A stretch of DNA of 64,000 bases from Candidatus Latescibacterota bacterium (GTDB lineage: Bacteria > Latescibacterota > UBA2968 > GCA-2709665). The stretch's first letter is position 1. Each line of letters opens with the position of its first letter. Location of the stretch: positions 96,001-160,000 of the forward strand of contig OZ250150.1 in NCBI GenBank assembly GCA_965237675.1, written 5' to 3'. Shown piece after piece: positions 1 through 9,260 of this stretch. Made by a program: the position numbers and the translations under genes. Below the pieces are notes generated by a model. The model was given only the letters and a program-made list of their open reading frames with translations. It ran no database searches and was not told the DNA's origin.

Positions 1-565
1 CTCTCGGATGAGTCGAGGCTTCGTCCAGATGGATCCGCTCGCCCGTCTCGGAATCCACCCAGAACCGGTCCGGCGTCATCCCATGAAGATACTGTCCCTC
101 GGCAAAGATGACATGACCGAGTTTACCCTCCACAACCAGTTTCCGCCATGCCTTTACAAATGCGTGGTACATCACCTGCTCGGCCATCTGAAACTTCAGC
201 CCGCTGCGCTCCACCGCCACCACGACCCGCCACAAATCCTCCATATTGTACGTCAGCGACACCTCGCACGTCGCATGTTTTCCCGCCTCCATCGCCTGGC
301 AGATCAGATCCGGCTGATCGTGCGGCGCGGTCACGATCGCCACGGCGTCGATGTCCGCCTTAGCCAGCATTTCTTCATAGTCGGTAAAGCACGCGATGTC
401 CGGATCGCCGGCCTCACGGTACGCCTGCCCCACAAGGGCCTCGACCCTGTCGCAGAGGGCCGTCACGCGGCAGGTCTTGATCCGCAGCAGGTTCTTCATC
501 CACGATAGCCTGCCGCGGGGCCCCAGCCCCACAATTCCGATCCGTACCTGTTTCTGTCCGGGCAT
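1..565 (-). CDS. Gfo/Idh/MocA-family oxidoreductase (runs off window edge)
   Basis: Manual translation from ATG at 565 gives MPGQKQVRIGIVGLGPRGR...CRVTALCD, a Rossmann GxGxxG N-terminus typical of the family. Preceded by GAGG. Confidence 0.8.
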   Translation of the reverse strand, partial: MPGQKQVRIGIVGLGPRGRLSWMKNLLRIKTCRVTALCDRVEALVGQAYREAGDPDIACFTDYEEMLAKADIDAVAIVTAPHDQPDLICQAMEAGKHATCEVSLTYNMEDLWRVVVAVERSGLKFQMAEQVMYHAFVKAWRKLVVEGKLGHVIFAEGQYLHGMTPDRFWVDSETGERIHLDEASTHPR

Positions 566-986
566 AAAACGCCTCTTTCACTGGATTACAATATTGAGGG
601 TGTGACGTATGGCAAGATTTTTATTACGTGCAGCACCATGCAGTTTACGTCACTTTCCTCTTTTTGCCAATCCTGATAGTCATTCCGTTTTAATTTCTTT
701 TTTCTTCGCCCTTTTTCTTATCCGCCTAAGAAAAAGGGCCAAAAAGAACGGCGCTGCTCAGACGCCGCAGGGCTGGTTTTTCCGCGAATCTCACCGGTGG
801 CGTAGACGAGCGATTGTGCCCTGCGTACACATGCGGTCAAATAATCATTCGGTGGTGAACGGAAAGGCGTGGAAAAACCCCCCACGTCACCACCGTACGC
901 TTGAAGGGTGCTCAAAAGATTCGTTCCGATAGTAATGTTGCATTTTACCACGCGAAATCCACCTCCGGACCCGCCGTCGTTGCAAT

Positions 987-1016
987 TGTAGGGGCGACCG
1001 GCCGGTCGCCCCTACA
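987..1016. repeat. REP-like perfect palindrome
   Basis: TGTAGGGGCGACCGG/CCGGTCGCCCCTACA; GTAG-type REP. Confidence 0.8.
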
Positions 1017-1410
1017 GAACCGGACATCCGCGAATTGATACCGCCAGTCCGTATCGTAATCCGGGTTTTGCTGACTGCTGACCACTGATTGCGGATAGCA
1101 CTGTCTCACGGTACCGGCCGAGAGGCCCCCGGATCGAGGGCATCCTGCCCTCGAAACGCCCCTTCCGGTCCTGCTTCACGGCGCTGACCTCAATGGGTCG
1201 GTTTTGATTCAAGCTGACTGCTGATAGCTGATAGCTGCCTTTGCTGCTTTTTGGCACAACAGCGGACGACTGATTCTGGGGTTTGAGGCCGTAGAAACCG
1301 GAAGAGAAACGGCAGCCGAATCTCAAGCTGCCACTTCATTATAACGCCTACAGTCTCCTGATTTTAGGGACGCTATAGGCCTCTCCGCCAGACAGGTTCG
1401 AACGAACCCG

Positions 1411-1779
1411 TCAATCCGGCGGTCCAATCAGCCAGACTGTTTCTTCTGAGAGGACTCTGGCGAAACGGCCTCCGCCGTCAAGCAGGTTCTGCCATTCGTC
1501 AGTTGTGTAGACAATCAGATCGGTGGGTACAGCCAGGGTATGAGTCGGCCAGGATCGTGCGCGCTCCAAATATGGCGTGGAACTACTCTCCACCACCGCA
1601 ACCAGGTCGAGATCGCTGCCGAACGCTGCGTCCCCGCGTGCGTACGAACCAAAATACCCAAGCGCCACGAGGTCCGTGCGTTTCTCAGCCTGATACGCGC
1701 ACCAGCGGCGTAGGCCGCCAATTACAGTTTCAGTCGTCGGCCAACGCTTGACGGACGAACTTGATGACGTCACCGGCAT
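1411..1779 (-). CDS. Minimal nucleotidyltransferase (MNT), antitoxin-like
   Basis: FGSYARGD...SDLDL motif. Start MPVT overlaps the end of the HEPN gene. Confidence 0.85.
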   Translation of the reverse strand: MPVTSSSSSVKRWPTTETVIGGLRRWCAYQAEKRTDLVALGYFGSYARGDAAFGSDLDLVAVVESSSTPYLERARSWPTHTLAVPTDLIVYTTDEWQNLLDGGGRFARVLSEETVWLIGPPD

Positions 1780-2119
1780 AGCACAGTCCCTGATCGCTTT
1801 GAAGCGCCCCGTAATGTACGTAGGCCGCGCCTTCCAGATGCCCATTGGGGTAACGTGTCGCCACGTAGTAGCTGTCGAGCGCCCGTCCTTTATCGACGAG
1901 GTCCTCCGGCGGCGTCTCCGGGAGTTCCGACAGGAGGCGCGAGACAACGTGGCCCCATGCCTCTTGTCCCCTCGCGAGATGGAGCGCTTTGACGGCCTTT
2001 TCAGCCGCCTGGTGCGAGGCGAAACAGGCCCAGTCGTGACGCCCGTCATTCTTTGAGGCTACAGCGTGCTCCAGATCGTGCTCCGCCTGGGCGAGCCAAT
2101 CCCTCCATCGCTGCGCCAT
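1730..2119 (-). CDS. HEPN domain protein
   Basis: WLAQAEHDL, WACFASHQAAEKAVKA and RYPNGH (Rx4H). Confidence 0.88.
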   Translation of the reverse strand: MAQRWRDWLAQAEHDLEHAVASKNDGRHDWACFASHQAAEKAVKALHLARGQEAWGHVVSRLLSELPETPPEDLVDKGRALDSYYVATRYPNGHLEGAAYVHYGALQSDQGLCYAGDVIKFVRQALADD

Positions 2120-2442
2120 CCTGTTACCCCAACCCTGTTTGATTCCGAAAGTCGATAACAATAAATCCGGCGGTCATTTCGCCTCGAATGTCGGCACTCT
2201 TATTGACCCATGTTTGGGAAAAGCTAAAATATCCCTAATTCTAAACTTAAGCAAGAGGAAATGACCGTCATCTGCCGTTCGCCGAAGCATGAATGTGCGC
2301 CGACCCTACCGGCTCTCTGGCCCTGCATGGCGCTCTTCTACAGATAAAGCATTGACGGCGGGTAGACCAATAATTAACTTTTATCTCGATTCGACGTTTT
2401 TCGGCGGTGTTCGCTCGGATATGATCAGGAAGGACTCGATAC

Positions 2443-2733
2443 ATGTACAGAGATGAAGCCCTCAAACTACTTCGAGCGCACAAGGCGACACTCGTACAAC
2501 GCTTTGGCGTCGTAGACCTCGCCCTGTTCGGGTCAATCGTCCGCAATCGAGCCACAGGCAACAGCGACGTGGACGTCCTGGTGAAGTTCGACTCGCCGGC
2601 GACGTCGAAGCGGTATTTTGGCGTGCAGTTCTACATCGAAGACCTGCTGGGGAGTCCGGTTGATCTGGTAACGGACAAAGCGTTGCGGACGGAGATGCGT
2701 CCATATATAGAGCAGGAGATGATCAGTGTCTGA
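2443..2733 (+). CDS. MNT nucleotidyltransferase (MntA-like antitoxin), partner missing
   Basis: LFGSIVRN...SDVDVLV...VDLVT. Confidence 0.88.
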   Translation: MYRDEALKLLRAHKATLVQRFGVVDLALFGSIVRNRATGNSDVDVLVKFDSPATSKRYFGVQFYIEDLLGSPVDLVTDKALRTEMRPYIEQEMISV

Positions 2734-2764
2734 CGTGCACCTCCGGGCGCGCCGACGTTGAATT

Positions 2765-2791
2765 TGTAGGGGCAACCCTTGTGGTTGCCCT
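2765..2791. repeat. REP-like element
   Basis: TGTAGGGGCAACCCTTGTGGTTGCCCT, internal GGGCAACC/GGTTGCCC stem. Confidence 0.7.
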
Positions 2792-2814
2792 CATCCTGGC
2801 GCGCATATCGACGA

Positions 2815-3008
2815 TTGACTTCGCCAAGAAGTATAGCTATCCGAATTCAGATGACGGCTGAGTGTTGCTCGTGCTGCCAGACACAAGACCCCGATGGCCG
2901 AACCCATCGGGTCTTTTTTTGTTACTCACAGCGCGCCGCAACTGTCGCAAAATGCGACACATTTGGCTCAGGGTTGGATTGACCGCTAATTACGATTCTT
3001 GTATATTG
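2815..3008 (+). promoter_or_regulatory. Repeated hairpin + palindrome + sigma70 promoter module, copy 1
   Basis: Hairpin with T-run 2885-2920; TGTCGCA-AAA-TGCGACA 2943-2959; TTGACC(2979)-N17-TATATT(3002). Confidence 0.75.
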
Positions 3009-3075
3009 CGTGCTCTATAGGATAACCTATAAGGATCGGTTCAATCGGGCGAGTTTACGAAATATGATTCTCGCA

Positions 3076-3270
3076 GTGACTGAGATTTACCGCACTCCGG
3101 AACACAAGGCGCGCGACAAAATCGACGCGATGTTGAATCAGGCCGGCTGGAAGGTGCAGTCAAGAAACAAGCTTGTCGATCGCAAGGGCGGCATGGGGCA
3201 GATGTACAAGTTATTCGGTGACCGGATGGATGACGTAATTGACGAATTGAATAAGGCTTTGGCGGCGTAG
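3076..3270 (+). pseudogene. Internally deleted hsdR remnant (N- and C-termini fused in frame)
   Basis: N-part matches the 4933-5032 start of hsdR; C-part matches the 7604-7698 end. Confidence 0.85.
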
Positions 3271-3369
3271 GTCTGTCTCTCTGCTCAGTTTCTTTACATA
3301 ATGGTATTTGTCTTGGTATTTTACAGTAAGTAAAGCGATTTATATGAAATCCTGACGTGATCAACATCA

Positions 3370-3618
3370 TTGGAGAAGATCGTGCCCAAAGTCAGCGCCA
3401 AGCGACAGATAACGCTACCGGCTGATCAGTGCCGTTTAGCCGGCATTGAGCCAGGCGACGAGTGCCTGAGTTTCGTGGCCGATGGCCGCATCACCATAGT
3501 CCGCCAGCGGCCCGGCAGCGCCTGGGGATGCCTGGCGTATCTTGAAGGAGATCCGACGGTTTCAGACGGGGAGTCGCGCCAGGACGCCATTGAAAGAAAG
3601 CGGAACCAGACGCCTTGA
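3370..3618 (+). CDS. AbrB/MazE/SpoVT-family antitoxin-like protein
   Basis: KVSAKRQITLP...GIEPGD signature. Confidence 0.85.
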   Translation: MEKIVPKVSAKRQITLPADQCRLAGIEPGDECLSFVADGRITIVRQRPGSAWGCLAYLEGDPTVSDGESRQDAIERKRNQTP

Positions 3619-4424
3619 TCGCAATGAGGTTATCAATGCCACAAGATTTAATTACATATCACCGAAATATGAGTAATGCTGAAAATATAGAAAAAGAAGC
3701 GGAGTATTATATAGTTGAATTAACTGCAACTGAAGATTATAAAATCAGTATAGCAACTGATACAATGTTCATTGGATGGACTGAGAATGAACCCCCAGGT
3801 TCTATTCACAAAGAACTAAGAACTGCGTGTCCAGTTTTCGCTGAGAAAGCGCTTATAGCATGGAAAAAACTCGATAGAATTGGAGTCGTTGTTAACACTC
3901 GTCGTGATGTGCAGGTTTTCTCAATTTTTGGTGGGTCAGCAGTTGTAAAAAAGAGTATGGCTGAGAAACATTTCCATTCAATTTTTGATAAGGTCGAATT
4001 TGTACATATAGGCTTAGGAAGATCTGTTCCTGTTAAAAATATAGATTCATCATATCTACGTCCAGCTCCGACTCAGAAATTACGCATGAATGTGCTAAAA
4101 CGGGACAAATTTCGTTGTAGGTTGTGTGGCCGCAGCGTTGAAGATAATACTGACATAGTATTGAATCTACATCATGTAATTTCTAAGAAATTCGCAGGTT
4201 TGACAAAAGACGATAATCTAATAACACTCTGTCACACCTGCCATGGTGGTCTTGATACATACAATGATTTTTCAATAATTGGAAATTTCCCTGAAACACA
4301 TCGAGAATTTAACAAGTTTGCGGATAAATTGAAAGATTATCCAAACGAGTACGCTAAAAGTGTTGCTCGATATCGTGAGATAACTTTTGAGATAATTCGA
4401 AATTTGAACCCTAAACGAGGATGA
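3615..4424 (+). CDS. HNH endonuclease (AT-rich; start uncertain)
   Basis: VLKRDKFRCRLCG...LHHVI...NLITLCHTCH. Confidence 0.85.
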   Translation: MIAMRLSMPQDLITYHRNMSNAENIEKEAEYYIVELTATEDYKISIATDTMFIGWTENEPPGSIHKELRTACPVFAEKALIAWKKLDRIGVVVNTRRDVQVFSIFGGSAVVKKSMAEKHFHSIFDKVEFVHIGLGRSVPVKNIDSSYLRPAPTQKLRMNVLKRDKFRCRLCGRSVEDNTDIVLNLHHVISKKFAGLTKDDNLITLCHTCHGGLDTYNDFSIIGNFPETHREFNKFADKLKDYPNEYAKSVARYREITFEIIRNLNPKRG

Positions 4425-4639
4425 GGTTTTGCAGATTGAATGTTGGTAATGATCGCCCATATGCGGCCATTGCGGGATCGGCATAATCAGGCCGGATCAT
4501 TCGCCTCAATTCGGGTCTTCCCAAGCGGACCGAGGCACAAGTAATAGGCACGCATTCGCAAACAGCTTGAATGCGGGCGACAGACTACGGTTTGATTTTG
4601 TTCAACTTTCTTCCTTTTGCCTTCATCCTTTTGCCTTTT

Positions 4640-4865
4640 GTGGTTGCCCTCGTCCTGGCGCGCATATTGAAGATTGACTTCGCCACGAAGTAGCGGTAAA
4701 CGGTTATAACTGACGGCTGCGTGCTGCTCTTGATGCGTGACAGATGACCCCGATGAACGATCTCATCGGGGTTTTTCTGTGTCGCACAACGCGCCGATAA
4801 CGTCGCAAAATGCGTCACTTTCTGCTGGGGCCGCATTGACCAACAATGAAGATTTTCGTATATTG
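4640..4865 (+). promoter_or_regulatory. Repeated regulatory module, copy 2 (hsdR promoter)
   Basis: Homologous to 2781-3008; TTGACC(4836)-N17-TATATT(4859). Confidence 0.75.
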
Positions 4866-4932
4866 CGTGCTCTATAGGATAACATATATAGTTCGATCGA
4901 ATTGGGCGAGTTTACGAAATAGGACGTTCGCA

Positions 4933-7698
4933 GTGACTGATATTTACCGTACTCCGGAACAAAAGGCGCGCGACAAGATCGACGCGATGTTGAATCAGGC
5001 CGGCTGGAAGGTACAGTCAAAAAACAAGCTTGACTTCAGCGCGGGCCTCGGTATCGCTGTCCGTGAGTATCAGACGGATGTTGGCCTAGCGGACTACGTT
5101 CTCTTTGTTGACAAGCATGCCGTCGGTGTTGTCGAGGCCAAGCGGGAGGACTGGGGCCACAATATCACCACCGTCGAATTGCAGTCCGGCACCTATGCTG
5201 CTGCCAAACTCAAATGGGTCAACAACCAGGAACCCCTGCCATTCGTTTATGAATCTACCGGTGTGCTCACGCGGTTTACCGACGGACGCGACCCGAAACC
5301 CCGCTCCCGGGAAGTCTTCAACTTTCCCCGGCCAGAGACGATACCGGGGTGGCACACAAATGAGCGCTCGCTTCGTGCCAAGCTGCGAAAGCTCCCTGAG
5401 CTCAACCCTGCCGGACTCAGGGCGTGCCAGATAAGCGCTATCGAGAATCTCGAGATATCATATAAAAATAACCGACCGCGCGCACTCATTCAGATGGCTA
5501 CTGGCTCGGGCAAGACCTACGCCGCCATCACGTCGATCTACCGGCTGCTCAAACACGCGGACGCCAAGCGGATTCTCTTTCTCGTAGACACCAGGCATCT
5601 GGGTGAACAAGCCGAACAGGAATTCATGGCGTACGTACCCAATGACGACAACCGTAAATTCACCGAACTCTACAACGTCCAGCGCCTTAAATCGTCCTTC
5701 GTCGCCAGGGATAGTCAGGTCTGCATCAGCACCATTCAGCGCATGTATTCGCTTCTGAAGGGCGAGGAGATGGACGAATCCGCGGAAGAGATAAATCCGG
5801 CGGAGTTGACGCTGCGCAGACAGCCGATGCCGGTCGTCTACAACGAGAAGATTCCACCCGAGTTCTTTGACTTCATCATCATTGACGAATGCCACCGCTC
5901 GATCTACAACCTCTGGCGCCAGGTCCTGGAATACTTCGACGCATTCCTCATTGGCCTCACCGCCACGCCGGACAACCGCACCTACGGGTTCTTCAAGAAA
6001 AATGTCGTAAGCGAATACACTCATGAACAGGCCGTCGCAGACGGCGTCAACGTCGGCAACGAAGTCTATGTGATCGACACGGAGAGGACAGAGCGCGGCG
6101 GCCAGATCAGGGCACGCCAGGAGGTCGAAAGACGGGAGCGTCTCACGCGGCGAAAGCGCTGGGAGATACAAGACGAAGCTCTGGTTTATACCAGGCAAGA
6201 ACTGGATCGTGCCGTCGTCAATCCCGACCAGATCCGTACCGTCATCCGCACCTTCCACGATAAACGGCATGAGATATTTCCGGGCCGCAACGAAGTTCCG
6301 AAGACGTTGATTTTTGCCAAAACCGATAGCCATGCCGACGACATCATCCAGACCGTGCGGGAAGAATTCGCCCAAGGCAACGAGTTCTGCAAAAAAATCA
6401 CCTACCGAGCACAAGAGGATCCGAAATCTGTCCTTGCCCAGTTTCGTAACGACTACTACCCGCGCATAGCTGTCACCGTGGATATGATTGCCACGGGTAC
6501 TGACGTTAGACCACTCGAATGCCTGCTCTTTATGCGTGACGTGAGGAGCCTCAACTATTTTGAGCAGATGAAGGGACGTGGCACTCGCACACTCGACCAC
6601 GACGATCTCAAGAAAGTCTCGCCGTCCGCTGTAAGTGGCAAGACCCACTATGTGATTGTCGACGCCGTCGGCGTCACAAAATCACTAAAGACTGCCAGCC
6701 AGCCGCTCATCACCAATCCTTCGGTGTCACTCAAGGATCTTGCAATGTGCGTGATGATGGGCACCCACGATGAGGACACGGTGAGTTCCCTCGCCGGACG
6801 GCTCGCCCGACTCAACCGACAGCTCGACCAAGATGAGCAGGATCGTATAAGAAATAAGGCCGGAGGGATCGAACTCACCAACATCGTCGGCGATCTGCTG
6901 GCGGCTATCGACCCGGACCGGATTGATGCGAAGGCTCGCGAAATTGAAGCTGTGCCCGACGGCGACGACCCGTCACCACCCGCCCGCTTCCAGGCGCGTG
7001 GAAAGTTGGTAGGCGAGGCGGCCAGGGTTTTCAACGGCGAGTTGATCGAATTGATCGACTCGATTCGCCGCGACAAAGAACAGACCATCGACCATGACAG
7101 CCTGGATACCGTACACCGCGCCGAATGGGAAGGCGACCCGCAGGAGAATGCAGAGGGCCTTGCCAAAGACTTCCGGGATTATCTCGAAGCCAATCGCGAC
7201 GATATCGAAGCGCTGACCATCTTCTACGCCCAACCGCACAGGCGCAGAGAACTGACATTCGAGATGATCCGCGAAGTATTCGAAAAGCTCAAGAGCGATC
7301 GGCCTCAACTGGCGCCTTTGCATGTCTGGCAGGCATACTCCGTACTGGATGAATACAACGGCAGGCAACCGGCCAGTGAACTGACCGCGCTTGTGGCTTT
7401 GATCCGCCGCGTCTGCGGGATTGACGAGAAAATCTCAACTTATTCGGATACCGTTCGCCGCAACTTCCAAAATTGGATTATGACACACCACAGCGGCAGC
7501 GGCGAAAAATTCCACGAAGTGCAAATGGACTGGCTGCGCATGATCCGCGACCACATCATCACCTCGTTTCATCTGGAACGCGACGATCTGGACATGGCGC
7601 CATTCGATAGCAAGGGCGGATTGGGGCAGATGTACAATCTCTTCGGCGACACGATGGATAATGTGATTGATGAGTTGAATGAGGCATTGGCGGCATGA
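4933..7698 (+). CDS. hsdR: Type I restriction enzyme R subunit (EcoEI/EcoAI-like)
   Basis: ADYVL..VEAK nuclease motif, MATGSGKT, DECHRS, LTATP, QMKGRGTR. GTG start after AGGA. Confidence 0.95.
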   Translation: MTDIYRTPEQKARDKIDAMLNQAGWKVQSKNKLDFSAGLGIAVREYQTDVGLADYVLFVDKHAVGVVEAKREDWGHNITTVELQSGTYAAAKLKWVNNQEPLPFVYESTGVLTRFTDGRDPKPRSREVFNFPRPETIPGWHTNERSLRAKLRKLPELNPAGLRACQISAIENLEISYKNNRPRALIQMATGSGKTYAAITSIYRLLKHADAKRILFLVDTRHLGEQAEQEFMAYVPNDDNRKFTELYNVQRLKSSFVARDSQVCISTIQRMYSLLKGEEMDESAEEINPAELTLRRQPMPVVYNEKIPPEFFDFIIIDECHRSIYNLWRQVLEYFDAFLIGLTATPDNRTYGFFKKNVVSEYTHEQAVADGVNVGNEVYVIDTERTERGGQIRARQEVERRERLTRRKRWEIQDEALVYTRQELDRAVVNPDQIRTVIRTFHDKRHEIFPGRNEVPKTLIFAKTDSHADDIIQTVREEFAQGNEFCKKITYRAQEDPKSVLAQFRNDYYPRIAVTVDMIATGTDVRPLECLLFMRDVRSLNYFEQMKGRGTRTLDHDDLKKVSPSAVSGKTHYVIVDAVGVTKSLKTASQPLITNPSVSLKDLAMCVMMGTHDEDTVSSLAGRLARLNRQLDQDEQDRIRNKAGGIELTNIVGDLLAAIDPDRIDAKAREIEAVPDGDDPSPPARFQARGKLVGEAARVFNGELIELIDSIRRDKEQTIDHDSLDTVHRAEWEGDPQENAEGLAKDFRDYLEANRDDIEALTIFYAQPHRRRELTFEMIREVFEKLKSDRPQLAPLHVWQAYSVLDEYNGRQPASELTALVALIRRVCGIDEKISTYSDTVRRNFQNWIMTHHSGSGEKFHEVQMDWLRMIRDHIITSFHLERDDLDMAPFDSKGGLGQMYNLFGDTMDNVIDELNEALAA

Positions 7699-9260
7699 GT
7701 CGTGAGCTAGGATCTCGATGGTCACTACCCAATAGCTGGGTCTGGACCAAGCTATCAGCACTCGGCGACATCATCGGGGGTGGTACGCCGTCGACCAAAG
7801 AACCTACATATTGGACAGATGAGATCAATTGGATTTCGCCATCTGACTTGACCGGGCACTCGGCAAAAACCATCAAGAGAGGGACAAAGAGCATTTCCAA
7901 AAACGGTCTCACGAACAGTTCTGCGAAAGTGATGCCAGCCGGTAGCGTACACTTTTCCACACGCGCGCCAATCGGCTACATCGTCATCAGCTCGGAACCA
8001 CTAGCCACAAACCAAGGTTTCAAAAGCCTCGTTCCCGCGCCTGGTATTTTCAACGCGTACGTCTACTACTACCTGATCGCATCACGAGACTACGCGCGCA
8101 AACGCGCGAGTGGTACGACGTTCTTAGAACTATCTGGTAAAGCCTTTGGCGACCTTGCGATACCTCTCGCTCCAGCAGCCATGCAACACAAAATCGTCAC
8201 AAAGATCGAGGAGCTATTTTCCGAACTGGACAAGGGCATCGAGAGCCTGAAGGCGGCGCGGGCGAAGCTCAATATCTACCGCCAGGCCGTGCTCAAGCAC
8301 GCCTTCGAAGGCAAGCTAACGGCCGAATGGCGCGAAGAGAATAGGGACAAGCTCGAGACGGCCAGGCAATTGCTCGCTCACAACAAGCAAATGTGGGAAG
8401 CCCGCTATGAAAAGCAGCTTCAGGAGTGGAAGGCCGACGTCAAGAAATGGGAGAAAGGCGGCAAGTCAGGCAAGAGGCCAGCGAGACTCATGAGACCAAC
8501 TGAAGTCGTCCCGTTAGAGGGCAAAATACGCGAGGCGTTGCCCGCCATTCCTAAATGCTGGGAATGGTTAAAATTGAAACACATCGGACGGATTGAAACA
8601 GGCACGACACCCTCAACGAAGATTCGTGAGAACTACGGGGGAAGCCTTCCGTTTATCAAACCTACAGATTTGGATCAAGGCGGGCATGTTCGAACTGCAC
8701 GAGACCACCTTTCCCAATTGGGCGAAGAATCCGCACGTGTCATTCCGGCGGGCTCCACCTTGGTTACATGTATCGGGGCAACGATAGGGAAAACGGGATT
8801 TGCAGTAACGCAGTGTGCAACCAATCAACAGATTAACTCAGTCAGCCCTTGTGTCGAATTCGAACCCAGATTTGTTTATCTCCAGATGGTCGCTCCGTTC
8901 CTTAACAGTAAAATCAAAACTGACGCATCCGCGACTACACTTCCGATCTTGAACAAATCCAAATTTGGTGAACTCCCATTTGTTCTCTGCTCCCTTCCAG
9001 AGCAACTCGAGCTTGTCCGGATTGTGGAAGAGGGAATTGTGGCGATCGAGCGAAGCGAGCGTGAGATCGATTCGAACTTAAATCAAGTGGAGACGCTACG
9101 TCAATCTATCCTTAAGAAGGCTTTCTCAGGAGAGTTGGTCCCGCATGATCCACATGACGAATCAGCGTCGGTTCTTTTGGATCGAATCAGAGCAGTTAAA
9201 TCTGCACGGTCTCAAGTCAAAAAGCGAACAAAACGCAGACGCGAGAAGGCAACAGCATGA
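7695..9260 (+). CDS. hsdS: Type I R-M specificity subunit
   Basis: Two TRDs (LPNSWVW..GGTPS; IPKCWEW..GTTPS); conserved LRQSILKKAFSGELV. Confidence 0.95.
   Translation: MSRELGSRWSLPNSWVWTKLSALGDIIGGGTPSTKEPTYWTDEINWISPSDLTGHSAKTIKRGTKSISKNGLTNSSAKVMPAGSVHFSTRAPIGYIVISSEPLATNQGFKSLVPAPGIFNAYVYYYLIASRDYARKRASGTTFLELSGKAFGDLAIPLAPAAMQHKIVTKIEELFSELDKGIESLKAARAKLNIYRQAVLKHAFEGKLTAEWREENRDKLETARQLLAHNKQMWEARYEKQLQEWKADVKKWEKGGKSGKRPARLMRPTEVVPLEGKIREALPAIPKCWEWLKLKHIGRIETGTTPSTKIRENYGGSLPFIKPTDLDQGGHVRTARDHLSQLGEESARVIPAGSTLVTCIGATIGKTGFAVTQCATNQQINSVSPCVEFEPRFVYLQMVAPFLNSKIKTDASATTLPILNKSKFGELPFVLCSLPEQLELVRIVEEGIVAIERSEREIDSNLNQVETLRQSILKKAFSGELVPHDPHDESASVLLDRIRAVKSARSQVKKRTKRRREKATA

Noticed and set aside
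8-508. 166-aa plus-strand ORF
   Set aside because: Antisense shadow of the minus-strand Gfo/Idh/MocA gene
5458-6648. 396-aa minus-strand ORF, and similar long ORFs at 14877-15959, 38071-38973, 40474-41394 and 50806-52227
   Set aside because: Antisense to well-supported genes in GC-rich DNA; no motifs
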